A stretch of DNA of 64,000 nucleotides, from positions 1,025,252 through 1,089,251 of the forward strand of contig MFAS01000001.1 in NCBI GenBank assembly GCA_001774685.1, in the 5' to 3' direction. The position numbers were made by a program, and so were the translations under genes. The DNA is from Candidatus Collierbacteria bacterium RIFOXYD2_FULL_45_13. Its GTDB lineage: Bacteria; Patescibacteriota; Microgenomatia; UBA1400; MFAQ01. Below the pieces are notes generated by a model. That model searched no databases, was not told the DNA's origin, and saw only the letters and a program-made list of their open reading frames with translations. Position 1 is the first letter of the stretch; the number at the start of each line of letters is the position of its first letter. Below, one piece after another: positions 18,944 through 31,800 of this stretch.

Positions 18944-20254
18944 GTGAAATCTTCTTCCGTCTTTTTTTGCAATAGTTGTGGCAATGAGTTCGCCAAGTGG
19001 GCCGGCCAGTGTCCTGCCTGCCACGAATGGAATACTCTGGTCGAAACCGCCCCCTTCCTCAAAACGGCCAAGACCAAGACGGGTCAAAAAGTGTCCATTA
19101 AGCCCGCCGAAAGCTTTTCGGTTAAAACCGCTCTCTCCTCCCAAACGGGCTATACCTTCCCCACCGGCATCGGTGAGTTCGATCGGGTTTTGGGACCCGG
19201 GCTTACCAAAGGCGGAGTCTACCTTCTGGCTGGTCAGCCGGGCATTGGCAAGTCTACACTCCTGACTCAATTGGCCTTAAACTCCAAAATCAACGTCGTT
19301 TATGTTTGCTCCGAGGAAAACCCCGCTCAAGTAGCCTCGCGTATCAAACGTCTCTCTTCAAAAGAAAACTCCCACATCAAACTCTTGAACACTTCCACCG
19401 TTGAAAACGTTCTGGAAACCGTCAAGTCTGACCCAAACTGCCTAGTAATCATTGATTCGATTCAGTCCGTAAGTACCGCCACCAACCCCACCACTCCAGG
19501 CTCCCCATCCCAGATCCGTGATAGTGCCTCGTATCTGATCCAAAGCGCCAAAGAAAACTCGGTTCCCATGATCATCGTGGGGCACGTAACCAAGGACGGG
19601 GACATCGCCGGCCCCAAGATGCTCGAGCACATGGTGGACACCGTCCTTGAGCTTTCAGGAGATCGACAGCACCTTCTTCGGCTCCTGCGCAGTGTCAAAA
19701 ATCGCTTTGGCCCAACAGACGAAACAGGGATCTTCCGTATGAACAGTACTGGGCTCGAAGAAGTCAAAGACCCCGGTTCCATTCTTCTTGAAGGCAGGGT
19801 CAAAAATGCCCCGGGCTCCTGCCTCACCATGATTATGGAAGGCACCCGTCCCCTCACCGTCGAGATCCAGGCTTTGGTGGTAGCCTCTCCTCTCCCCATT
19901 CCCCGGCGCATCGCCAAAGGCATCTCCGGCAACCGCCTCCAGCTCATCTGTGCTATTCTCACCAAGCACTTGAATCTACCCATCGCCACCAAAGACGTTT
20001 TTGTAAACGTCACGGGAGGAATGGATGTCAAAGATCCCGGAGCAGACTTGGGCATCGCTCTAGCTATCGTCAGCTCCGTCAAAGATAAGCCCCTGCCGGA
20101 AAACTCCATTTGCTTCGGCGAGCTAGGTCTTCTGGGCGAAATCCGCAAGGTCGGCTTCACTGACAAGATGCTCAAAGAGGCCAAATCCCTCGGTTATTCG
20201 GAGATATTCTCCCCTCTCTCTCACACCTCCATCCGCTCCATCAAGCTCTTGTAG
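18944..20254 (+). CDS. radA: DNA repair protein RadA/Sms
   Basis: N-terminal C4 zinc finger (CNSCGNEF...CPACHEWNT), Walker A GQPGIGKSTLLTQL, the RadA-specific KNRFGPTDETGIF motif, and a C-terminal Lon-protease-like domain. GTG start per track. Confidence 0.9.
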   Translation: MKSSSVFFCNSCGNEFAKWAGQCPACHEWNTLVETAPFLKTAKTKTGQKVSIKPAESFSVKTALSSQTGYTFPTGIGEFDRVLGPGLTKGGVYLLAGQPGIGKSTLLTQLALNSKINVVYVCSEENPAQVASRIKRLSSKENSHIKLLNTSTVENVLETVKSDPNCLVIIDSIQSVSTATNPTTPGSPSQIRDSASYLIQSAKENSVPMIIVGHVTKDGDIAGPKMLEHMVDTVLELSGDRQHLLRLLRSVKNRFGPTDETGIFRMNSTGLEEVKDPGSILLEGRVKNAPGSCLTMIMEGTRPLTVEIQALVVASPLPIPRRIAKGISGNRLQLICAILTKHLNLPIATKDVFVNVTGGMDVKDPGADLGIALAIVSSVKDKPLPENSICFGELGLLGEIRKVGFTDKMLKEAKSLGYSEIFSPLSHTSIRSIKLL

Positions 20255-20293
20255 TAAAATACCCCATCTTGCAAATTAAAATTGGAGGTCCTC

Positions 20294-20953
20294 ATGAGGT
20301 TTTCACCCGATCAGGGAGAAGATATCTCCCTCTGTACCCCACAAGAAGTAATTGAATTCCGCGAAAAGCGTGGAACCAGCAAGGGATTTGAAGACCGTCG
20401 ACCCATGTCTCCAGATGTGGAAGCCAGAATGGTCGCTATCCATAAAGTTCATGGTTTTCAACCAGAAGGCTATACTCTCGGACTCTTGCTCAAGGTAGAT
20501 TTTGATCTACTCTTCAGTTACAGCTTTCGTGACGGCTATCGTTTCATGTTCGGAGACTCGGTTTTTCCAGAATGGGTCAAAGAACTAGAAACAAAAAAGA
20601 AAATTATTGTCTACGCCACCATGATTCTCGAGGCGTACGGCTGGGTAGTCACATTCACCGAAGACCAGGAGTGGTATTATCTGGACTTCGCACCACTCCA
20701 AGCCCTTACACCAGAAGAGGTCTCTCGAGAACGTGAACAAATCGCCTTCCGAATAGCAGCAAACGCCCTTCAAGTCATCAACCAGGGCCTGATCGAAGGC
20801 AAAACCTTCTTCACCCTTGAAGAACTCGCCATTTCTGAAAGCGACTCTCGACTATTCACCGCCTGCCTCACACGACTTAGACAACTTATGCCCAGATATA
20901 AAATCGAGCATTCTTTGTCAAGATTCTTTCTCACCCCCACCACCCCTTCCTAG
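20294..20953 (+). CDS. Hypothetical protein (track ORF starts at TTG 20282; ATG at 20294 has a GGAGG RBS)
   Basis: ORF with an RBS and a strong terminator at ~20932-20967. No motif recognised. Confidence 0.55.
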   Translation: MRFSPDQGEDISLCTPQEVIEFREKRGTSKGFEDRRPMSPDVEARMVAIHKVHGFQPEGYTLGLLLKVDFDLLFSYSFRDGYRFMFGDSVFPEWVKELETKKKIIVYATMILEAYGWVVTFTEDQEWYYLDFAPLQALTPEEVSREREQIAFRIAANALQVINQGLIEGKTFFTLEELAISESDSRLFTACLTRLRQLMPRYKIEHSLSRFFLTPTTPS

Positions 20954-20967
20954 GGGTGGTTTTTTTA
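20932..20967 (+). terminator. Rho-independent terminator
   Basis: CACCCCTTCCTAGGGGTGG + TTTTTTTATT. Confidence 0.65.
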
Positions 20968-21021
20968 TTCTACGTTCTGCTACAATTTCCCATCTCATCT
21001 CATTGAAATAAGGAGGTCGGC

Positions 21022-21570
21022 GTGTTGGATCAAAATTACGACTCGGTTCTATATCAGAACTCACCATTTGTTCCACCCGTTACAATCCAGTCGGCCTTCA
21101 ACATCCAGAGGTTTGTCCAATCAAACGACTATCCACCGTCCGTGGCCATCGCTAAGGAACTCCGCGATCTGTTTGGGGAACATCTACAGTTTCTGGAATC
21201 CCAGATGGACTGGATTGTCGAGAAATTCAATGTCTCCCAACAAGACATGGATGACTATTACTTCGGATTACTTGTTCCGGTAACCCTGATGATCGCAACC
21301 CACATGGCCCGCCACAACCGTCTGGAAAACGTCCTCAATCTCTACTTCCCTCTATCAGAGGATCCATTTTTCGACAATCTGAGAAGCTACGGTTGCGACC
21401 AGCTTTATCGTGTAGAAGAACTCCTAAGTCTGGAAACAGCCGAACCCATGTCCTCAGCCGGACCGATTTATGCCCATTGCCAGCTCGAAGTTTTTGCCTT
21501 CTCGTACTGGTACCAAGTGGGTCTCGAGGCTGGACTGCGCACTTTCCAACAATACGCACGGCTTCACTAA
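21022..21570 (+). CDS. Hypothetical protein (182 aa, GTG start)
   Basis: An AAGGAGG RBS precedes the start. Terminator hairpin at 21579-21607. Confidence 0.55.
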   Translation: MLDQNYDSVLYQNSPFVPPVTIQSAFNIQRFVQSNDYPPSVAIAKELRDLFGEHLQFLESQMDWIVEKFNVSQQDMDDYYFGLLVPVTLMIATHMARHNRLENVLNLYFPLSEDPFFDNLRSYGCDQLYRVEELLSLETAEPMSSAGPIYAHCQLEVFAFSYWYQVGLEAGLRTFQQYARLH

Positions 21571-21578
21571 CTTACTCA

Positions 21579-21607
21579 GGCAGGCTCCCCAGCCTGCCTT
21601 TTTTTCT
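21579..21607 (+). terminator. Rho-independent terminator
   Basis: GGCAGGCTCCCCAGCCTGCC + TTTTTTT. Confidence 0.7.
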
Positions 21608-21719
21608 TGACTTTTAGCTCAAACTATGTTATTATAGGGCAATTCCTTTGAACCTGATTCACACGACGCAGGCTCAACTGTACCTTTCCATTTTTTCCAC
21701 CCTCCCGAAAGGAGTTTCC

Positions 21720-22400
21720 ATGTTACAGACTACCACAAACCTAACACTCAACGGCTTCCCGTGGCCACGACTCTCACTGGGAAGTCTCCAGCCCACTGAT
21801 GTGGTCAACTTCCAAATCATCTGCCCCCCTGAATTTGTAGCCATTCTGAACACCAACCTGGGAGCAGCTTTCAACGGATTTGAGAGTCGATACGAAGTAG
21901 CCATGACCGGCCAAGACGCGAACGATGGCAATAATGTGGCCATCCAGTTTATCGAGAAGATTGGCATGGGTATTTTCGTTCTCCACACCATTGGTCTGGC
22001 CCGCTACGGTGGCAAGTGGCAGTTTATGAAGACCACCCAAACAATCCAGACCTACAAAGTACAAGGGAATCCGTATCTTTTCATTCCCTCTCTGTCTGGC
22101 CAGGTGTGGTTGGCCGATAAGGTCAACGAGATCATGAAGGGCGAGAAAGGGATCCCCAGCTCAAGCAAGCACGTTGAACCAACGTACCCCGACGGAACCA
22201 TCAAATTCTGGAACCCCTTCCGTGGGTTCGGAGTCATCAGCGCCAAGGAAGGGGACGTCTACTTCGACCTCGGAGATATCCATCGCCTCATTCCTTCGCG
22301 TGCACGGTTGTACTTGAATGCTGGGAAAAAGGTCCACTTCCAGGCTAAACCGGTCTCCGGCAAATCCTGCCCGTTCAAAGCCACTTCGGTGGTTTGGTAG
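21720..22400 (+). CDS. Protein with unknown N-terminal domain and a C-terminal cold-shock (CSD/OB) domain. Track ORF starts at 21648; the ATG at 21720 has an AAGGAG RBS
   Basis: C-terminus GTIKFWNPFRGFGVISAKEGDVYFDLGDIH...GKKVHFQAKP matches the CspA-like pattern (GxVKWFNxxKGFGFI...DVFVHxSAI). Terminator at 22419-22449. Confidence 0.6.
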   Translation: MLQTTTNLTLNGFPWPRLSLGSLQPTDVVNFQIICPPEFVAILNTNLGAAFNGFESRYEVAMTGQDANDGNNVAIQFIEKIGMGIFVLHTIGLARYGGKWQFMKTTQTIQTYKVQGNPYLFIPSLSGQVWLADKVNEIMKGEKGIPSSSKHVEPTYPDGTIKFWNPFRGFGVISAKEGDVYFDLGDIHRLIPSRARLYLNAGKKVHFQAKPVSGKSCPFKATSVVW

Positions 22401-22418
22401 GATTTCCATTCTTCAACA

Positions 22419-22449
22419 AAACCCCGCCATCACTGGCGGGGTTTTTCTT
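22419..22449 (+). terminator. Rho-independent terminator
   Basis: AAACCCCGCCATCACTGGCGGGGTTTTTC. Confidence 0.7.
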
Positions 22450-22597
22450 AATCTAAATCAAAACAGTCTGCCATCTTGACATCATTTGTAACATATATTA
22501 CATTTATATCTAGCTCTACAATGCAGGTTGTAAGCAAAAAGGAGATTCCGGAAGGAGTCTCCTTTTTATTTCCTGGGTAACGATCTATTATTAGAGT

Positions 22598-23773
22598 GTG
22601 TCCAAGCCGACCCAAAAAATCCTCGGAAATATTTTCCTCTTGCTCGGAGCTTCTATCGCTTTACGCTTTGGTCTTCTGAGGCTCATCAGCGAAGACTTAC
22701 CCGTTTACGTAAGGGTTCTTAGCTCCATCGCTATCCTTATCTTTGGCGCCGTTTTTGTACTTACGAGGAGTGCAGAGCTCATCGAAGAAACTACTGAAGT
22801 ATTAAGCGAAAAAACCAAGTTGGCCGGTGGTTTACTCCAGTCCTTTGGCACCGCCTTCCCGGACATGGTTCTCGGTGTCAGTGCCGCTTTTATCAGTCTC
22901 AGTCTTAGAAGTTCCGATTACGAGAGGGCCATCAACTTCGCCATCATCGCCGCCGCCACTACCTTTGGCTCCAATATTTACAACATCGGTCATGCTGCCT
23001 GGTGTGTTTGGAGACAAAATCTAGCCAACACCAGTTCACATCTTACCCTCATGTTTCCTCATATCAAATCAGGTGGTCACTTAACTCCCATGAAAGATCA
23101 CCGCAAAAAGCCTCTGCTGGCCGAGTTCAATACGGCTAGTCTCGTCTTGGTATCTCTCACTGTCTTAACCACTTTCGTCGCTGTCTCTATGGTTCTCTTC
23201 GGCAAGGTATCTTCTCCTCTTCTCAAAATATCAGAAGATCTCTACCAACTCTCCGCCCCTGTGGGATGGGTACTTTTAGTATTATGTCTCGTTACTCTTT
23301 TTCGTTTTCGCAAAACCGAACGACCGGGTACAGACACCTTGGTCGTTAACTCAGAAGAGAATCAGTTTCGCCACAATGCCGGAGGGTTAATCTGGCTCGC
23401 TCTCATCGGCTCCGGTATCTCTATCTTCTTGGCCGCCGAGTCCATGGTTCGAGGTATCGAAGTTATCTCCGCTATTTCCGGTACCCCCTTTGTCATCGCC
23501 GGAATCATGGCCGGAGTTATCGGCTGTCTGGGAGAAATCATTGTTGTCCACAATTTTTCGGTCAATCCGAGTGGACGAATTGGAGACGCCATCGTGGGCG
23601 TAGCTATGGACAACATCGTTACCATTACCGGTGCCAGCCTTGTCGCCATTATGGGTGGTATTTTCCTCGGAGGCAGTTCTCTAATCATGATCTTCGTTCT
23701 CATCCTCTGCTTAAACACTGTCCTCATTTGGCAAATCAGCGACCTCAAGAACTTTTTTATACATACCAAATAA
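22598..23773 (+). CDS. CaCA-family cation/Ca2+ antiporter (YrbG-like)
   Basis: Ten predicted TM helices with two alpha-repeat signatures (LLQSFGTAFPDMVLGVSAA and IAGIMAGVIGCLGEIIV). GTG start. Confidence 0.7.
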   Translation: MSKPTQKILGNIFLLLGASIALRFGLLRLISEDLPVYVRVLSSIAILIFGAVFVLTRSAELIEETTEVLSEKTKLAGGLLQSFGTAFPDMVLGVSAAFISLSLRSSDYERAINFAIIAAATTFGSNIYNIGHAAWCVWRQNLANTSSHLTLMFPHIKSGGHLTPMKDHRKKPLLAEFNTASLVLVSLTVLTTFVAVSMVLFGKVSSPLLKISEDLYQLSAPVGWVLLVLCLVTLFRFRKTERPGTDTLVVNSEENQFRHNAGGLIWLALIGSGISIFLAAESMVRGIEVISAISGTPFVIAGIMAGVIGCLGEIIVVHNFSVNPSGRIGDAIVGVAMDNIVTITGASLVAIMGGIFLGGSSLIMIFVLILCLNTVLIWQISDLKNFFIHTK

Positions 23774-23775
23774 CC

Positions 23776-23808
23776 AAAGAGAGCGAATAAGACCACTCTC
23801 TTTAATTA
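23776..23808. terminator. Bidirectional hairpin between the CaCA gene and the DUF378 gene
   Basis: AAAGAGAGCGAATAAGACCACTCTCTTT. Confidence 0.45.
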
Positions 23809-23824
23809 CTGCTTAGTTATGTTC

Positions 23825-24085
23825 TTATCTTCTGGATCTCTTCTTCATAGGCGTCGTTTTTGCCATACTCATATCCATCAGGCAATATTTGCAATATGAC
23901 ATGTGCACCATCGCCTCAAAAATCGCTGAGAGACCAACCAGAATATAAATTAACTTCTCAAGCCACGGCCATGCGCCAAAAATAGTCGAGACCAAATTAA
24001 AATCAAACAAACCGATCATTCCCCAGTTTAGTGCTCCCACAATTACCAAGGCATAGGCAATCTTGTGTTTCATTACCATCATCAA
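23825..24085 (-). CDS. DUF378-family small membrane protein
   Basis: VIVGALNWGMIGLFDFNLVSTIFG...ILVGLSAIFEA matches the DUF378 consensus. Confidence 0.65.
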   Translation of the reverse strand: MMMVMKHKIAYALVIVGALNWGMIGLFDFNLVSTIFGAWPWLEKLIYILVGLSAIFEAMVHMSYCKYCLMDMSMAKTTPMKKRSRR

Positions 24086-24175
24086 CTGTCACCCCCCTTC
24101 TCCTGAAAACAAATTATTTCCATGTAACTATTATTACATATTTATCCCGAGCTTGTCGTTCAAGGAGTTCTTTTC

Positions 24176-26641
<2,466 letters not shown>

Positions 26642-26642
26642 A

Positions 26643-28067
26643 TCACAGTTTATTAGTTACAAAAGCGACTAACTCATCCGCCGAGTCGGTCTGTTCCAGT
26701 AGTTTCTTCCAGGCATCGATCTGTCCCTTGGTTTTAATCAGTTCCAGTAGCTCCGCCGGAGTCCGTTCTTCCTTTTTATCCTGTCGATACCAAGCAAAAA
26801 GATAAAGCATCTCCCATTCCTCAAAAACTTTACTTCCAGACTGCCACAATAGTTTATCCATGTTTTCGCCTTTTATCAAAGTATTTTTAACTTCCTCTGT
26901 TTGTTCTGGCCCAAACTTGGTAAAGACTTTTGCCCCCTCTACGCTTTTAACCGTGGCATAGATCTCTCTTGACACATTGTGAAACAATCCGCTTCTGGTT
27001 TGTCTTCCCACTCTGGTGACAGACAAGAAAATATTCACCGCTGGCCTTATTCCATGTTGAAAACGATCAATATCAAAGTAAATATGGCCGTCGGTAATAG
27101 ACATCAAATTTGTCTGAATATATCCCGTCAGGTCCCCTCCTACACTTTCGGCAATTGCCAGACACGAAATCGATCTTTCCTTACCTTCCACTTCAAAACA
27201 ACCAGCTCTCTCCAGCAGTTTAGACTGCAAATAGAATATGTCTCCAGGATAAGAGTCCCGTCCTGGAAACTTTCCCATAATGAGCGACATCTCTCGGTAG
27301 TACTTTGCGTGAGTAGTCAGGTCATCCAAGACCACCAACACTTCACTTCCTTTATCTCTCACACTTTCGGCTATGCTCATGGCCGTAAAGGGTGCCATCA
27401 CTATCTCCGCCTGGTTCTCCCTCGCCCCAGATGCCACAATAATTACTTTATCCATAACCTTGTTTTTTATCAGCCATTCTTTGACCGCCACGATCTCACC
27501 GGCTTGTTTTCCAATGGCACAGTAAATTCCTGTCTTCCCAGCCTTTACTTGTGTGGCCAAAGTTTGCAGAGCAAACCAGGTCTTACCGGTTTTTCTTTCT
27601 CCTATCACTAGTTCTCTTTGTCCAGCTCCCAGAGGTAGAGCCAAATCAATCAAGGTGGTGCCTGTCAGTAGAGGCCTGGTAATAATTACTCGTTTCTCTA
27701 CCCCTAAGGCATCTTTGTCTATCTCTACCGACTCTGTTGTAGTACTAAGATCTTTATCTCCATCAATTACATAGCCGAGGGCCGATACGATATGTCCGAG
27801 CAGCCCGTCTCCTGCCGACACCAGTAGCTTTCGCCCCGTCCTCGCCACTCTTGTTCCCAGATCGATTGACTCTTTACAAAATACCACCACCCAAACGTAC
27901 TTCTCGTCAATTCGCGAAACATAGCCATGATGTCCGTCTTCGAAGGCAACCCCTTCATTTATTCGAGCTCCGTTTAGGCCATCGACATGGACGATATAAT
28001 CTCTCGCCGCCACCACAGTTCCAATATCTTTAATTTTTTCCTGGCAGTATTCAAAAGAGTGGATCAT
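26643..28067 (-). CDS. atpA: F1-ATPase alpha subunit, divergent
   Basis: Walker A GERKTGKT (alpha-type GDRQTGKT-like) and the alpha/beta nucleotide-binding fold pattern (VLVVLDDLTTHA...). 474 aa. Confidence 0.8.
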   Translation of the reverse strand: MIHSFEYCQEKIKDIGTVVAARDYIVHVDGLNGARINEGVAFEDGHHGYVSRIDEKYVWVVVFCKESIDLGTRVARTGRKLLVSAGDGLLGHIVSALGYVIDGDKDLSTTTESVEIDKDALGVEKRVIITRPLLTGTTLIDLALPLGAGQRELVIGERKTGKTWFALQTLATQVKAGKTGIYCAIGKQAGEIVAVKEWLIKNKVMDKVIIVASGARENQAEIVMAPFTAMSIAESVRDKGSEVLVVLDDLTTHAKYYREMSLIMGKFPGRDSYPGDIFYLQSKLLERAGCFEVEGKERSISCLAIAESVGGDLTGYIQTNLMSITDGHIYFDIDRFQHGIRPAVNIFLSVTRVGRQTRSGLFHNVSREIYATVKSVEGAKVFTKFGPEQTEEVKNTLIKGENMDKLLWQSGSKVFEEWEMLYLFAWYRQDKKEERTPAELLELIKTKGQIDAWKKLLEQTDSADELVAFVTNKL

Positions 28068-28071
28068 GGGT

Positions 28072-28839
28072 TTATAAAACGAGAATCATGTAAGCAATTA
28101 ATAATCCAAATCCCATCACTAGTCCCGTCAAAACAAAGTTCATTACCATTCCTACTCCAATTTTTTTGGCCGCTAATGGGTTTCTCCCCAGTGCTTCGAT
28201 TCCTGTCTTTCCAGATCGTCCAAAAAAGTAAAAGCCAAACGCAAAAGCAGATGCAGTGGTCAAGACAGCCAGTAAGTATCTGAGTGAGGTCAAAGGAGAC
28301 AAGAAAGGAGATCCGGCTGCCTTCTTAATATTTAGAAAAAGGTTGACTCCTCTCGTGCCAGAGTTTGATCCCGGACTATATCTAGGAGCCAGAGACACTT
28401 TTATCAAACACTCCTTAGTTATATCTGCCTCCACGCAAGGCTCCAAAGCCGTTCCCACCACATAGCCCTCAAACTCAGCCACGACCCCAACTCCAGCCCG
28501 TGTAGAGGTTGTTATATTATCTCCCACTTTTATTTTTCCACCCTGTGTCGTCACCCTCACCTGTACCGTACCGGTCGTCGTCACCAAAAAAGACCCACTT
28601 GCCGAAGAGATATCCTCAAAAGCAATCGCTGGGCTTGTCGTCACCACTCCGTAAAAAGCTGAGTCATACTCCACTTTAGATGTTTCAAAGCCGGTCAAAC
28701 CGGAAGATATTAACGTTCCGTCAGTTATCCCCTGGTCAGCTATCGGCACCGAGAGCGCCATTCCGGAAGACTGTGCCAAGACCTTTCCGGTCGAAAGTAC
28801 AAAAAGTATCAACAAGAACAGGTTCTTTATTAGTTTCAT
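28072..28839 (-). CDS. Secreted beta-rich ectodomain (~170 aa, signal peptide) fused to a C-terminal ATP-synthase subunit-c-like 2-TM hairpin that has no carboxylate
   Basis: Signal peptide MKLIKNLFLLILFVLSTGKVLAQ. C-terminal 75 aa read TM1 - GIEALGRNPLAAKKIG - TM2, closely resembling the c-subunit polar loop (GIEGIARQPEAxGKI, the RQP motif). TM2 (VGMVMNFVLTGLVMGFGLLIAYMILVL) contains no Asp/Glu. Overlaps the upstream gene by 4 nt and lies 4 nt from alpha. Confidence 0.6.
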   Translation of the reverse strand: MKLIKNLFLLILFVLSTGKVLAQSSGMALSVPIADQGITDGTLISSGLTGFETSKVEYDSAFYGVVTTSPAIAFEDISSASGSFLVTTTGTVQVRVTTQGGKIKVGDNITTSTRAGVGVVAEFEGYVVGTALEPCVEADITKECLIKVSLAPRYSPGSNSGTRGVNLFLNIKKAAGSPFLSPLTSLRYLLAVLTTASAFAFGFYFFGRSGKTGIEALGRNPLAAKKIGVGMVMNFVLTGLVMGFGLLIAYMILVL

Positions 28840-31800
28840 AGAGTTTGAGCTGATTCAGAGGCAACTGGGGTTGTTTCAGGTATCGGAGTCGGCGTTGAGG
28901 TTGGTGTAGGAGATACCTCCGATGTCGGTGTCGTCTGCCCGTCTAACTGCGGAGCTGTTAGTGTGGCCGATGGGGTTGCTGGCAAACTCTGTATGACTCT
29001 ATCTACCTGTTCTTTCGTTAAACAAGTTTTATTGTTTACATCACCCACACAAAGGGTTGTAAAAGTGGCCTCTTTAGCAAACAGTTTATCAGCCATCTCG
29101 GTCAGTCTGGTTTCAATGGCCATTATTCGGTCTTTCAAGTTTTCTATGGCTACAGACAAAGAGTTCGCCAAGTCGCTAAGCGAATTCCATTGCGACTCAG
29201 AAATAGCCGCACTCCTCGACGATAGAGCAATCTCATCTATCAAGAGTTGTTGTTCTTGTATAGCTTTGGCCAGCACCGGAATTAACTGAGTAGTGTAGAG
29301 TCCCAGTGTTCCATCGTTATTGCTACCCACCAGTTCAGGAAACACGTCACGCACTTCTTGAGCTATAAATCCCAGTGCGCCATCTCCTGTAGACTTCCAG
29401 TTGTAGGACACCGGTCGTAGCCCCAAGACCTTATCCAGAGTATCATCCCCCAAGCTCAACACATCTTTCTTTAAGTTAATATCAGAAGGATCTGTGTTGG
29501 TTAGGACTCCGCTATTACTATAGACAGTCCCTGTCCCCAAAGTGGTTGTCACGGTTCCATCATTTCCAATGGTGAACTTGGTCACCCCAGATGAGCTAGC
29601 CGTCAAAATATTCTGGTCCCCTGTCTGATCAAAAATCGCCAGTGCCTTGCCGGTCACTGCGCCAGTGACGTGGAGTTTGGAAGTTGGGGCAGTGGTGCCG
29701 ATACCTACGTTGCCAGAAGAATCAATACGCAGACGTTCGGTTCCACCAGTTACCCAGGCAAAAGTGTTGGCGGCGGGGTTTATCCAATACGTGTCCGAGT
29801 CGTTGCTTAAAATAATTCTTGCCCTGGTTTGGTCGTCAGGATATTCGTTGGTGCCTATTCGAAAATATTCTGAGCCATCAATAAGAAACCTGTGTCCATA
29901 GGTTGATGATTTATTGTACCCTGAAGCGTAGGTGGTTACTTGGGTATTGTTGGAAATATAGTTACTGCTAGTAAATGAATCGTTAAGGTATAAAGTGTTA
30001 TTTAGTGTTAGGGCGCCACTAAAATGGCTTGTACCTACAACCTCCAGCTTATACCCTGGATTTGTTGTCCCAATGCCCACATTCCCACTTCCCAAAATAG
30101 TCATTTTTTCTGTGGGGGTGTTATCTGATGTTCCGGTTGACCCAGCTGTTGCTGTGTAGAGGTGAAGTGCGGATGTGCCAGTTCCTGTTGATATTCCAGA
30201 TTTTAAGGTTAAATCTCCACCCGCAAGATCAGCTGTACCTGAAATTGCTCCACCCGAAGAAAGTGTTAATCCTTGTCCTGCCGTAGCTGCAGTAGTATTC
30301 CTCTCCATCCAGATTGTCCTTGCTGCAGTTCCATCAAGAGACAAAAGTTGAGTTGGAGAAGTAGTTCCAATTCCTATCAGTCCATTTTGATCAATTCTTA
30401 TTCTTGTAACTGGGTCATCGACGCCAGACGGTTTAGTCATTATATCAAAATTTCCCGTCATCAGACTTCGTGTTGTACTGCCGGTAACTACGGTTGATTG
30501 AAATCCAGCAACGTGCGTGACCGAATCGGTGGTTTTGGCATAAAAATATACCGCGCCAAGGGGATTATCACTACCGGGTACTGCGTTGAATTTACCGATG
30601 TATAAATAACCACCCAAATTATCAGCAGCCGTTGCATTGCTGTTGCCTATATATAGCCGACCATGATTTGTGGAATTATTGTAGATATTTACCTGCGTGC
30701 CGACGACTTCTAGCGGTGCTCCAGGAGCCGTGGTACCAATGCCAACCAGGCCTGTGTTTCCAATGTATAGATAATCCCCATCGTTGGCAGCCGCAGAAGA
30801 AATCATAAGTAGGGGATCTGTGCTAAACTTAACAACTTCAAGAGTTCCATCAGGAGAACTATCTTTTATGCCAACTCTTGAATTGGCTTCAATTCTCATC
30901 ATTTCAGAACCATTATCAATACTAAATATATGCCCGTATCCAGCTCCTGCGTTAAACCCAGCGTTATAACGCATGGTTTGACCATCGGTTGAACGTTGAA
31001 TATAGTTAAAATACCCTTGGGCATCGTTGCCTCCAGGTACAGAAAAGCCAATCCTTGGGGTAGCCGCAGCAGCTAGGTTGAGGGTGTTGTAGGTAGTATC
31101 TGTTCCCCCAATGGTCATTTTTCCGGTGCGATCGATAACTAACTTGGGGGTTCCTGATGCTGAGGCAACTAAGATATTCTGATTCCCAGTCTCATCAAAA
31201 ATTGCCAAGGCCTTGCCGGTTACGGCCCCTGAGACGTGGAGTTTTCCTGTTGGGGCTGTGGTGCCGATACCGACGTTGCCGGTACTGGCTTTGATGGTTA
31301 ATCTTTCGGCGTGAGTAGAGTCTGTGGGATTTCCGGTCCACGTCCAAACACTCACATCACCCCCAGAATTATAACCTCCACCATAAAAATCTAAGCCATA
31401 TGCCGTACTGCCCAATGTGATGCTTGCACCATTACTTGAACCGTTTGTGTAGTTAATTGACCAAGGATTCGTGTTACCTTGCGTTCCAATTCCACCTGTA
31501 GACATGTAAATATAGTTTGAAGCAGTCCCCGCTTGAACGGTTCCGTATGCTGTCAAGTTACCGGAGCGGTCAAGAGTTAGTTTTGTTGAACCTGAGGCCG
31601 AGGCTACCAAGATATTCTGATTCCCAGTTTCATCAAAAATAGCCAGAGCCTTGCCGGTTACTGCTCCAGAGACGTGGAGTTTGGAGGTGGGTGCCGTGGT
31701 GCCAATGCCGACTCCCGTTGTAGTAACGTTTAATATATTTGTTCCTCCCGCTATCAACGACGCAATGTCTGATCCAGCTGATCCTAAACCAGTATTAAGG

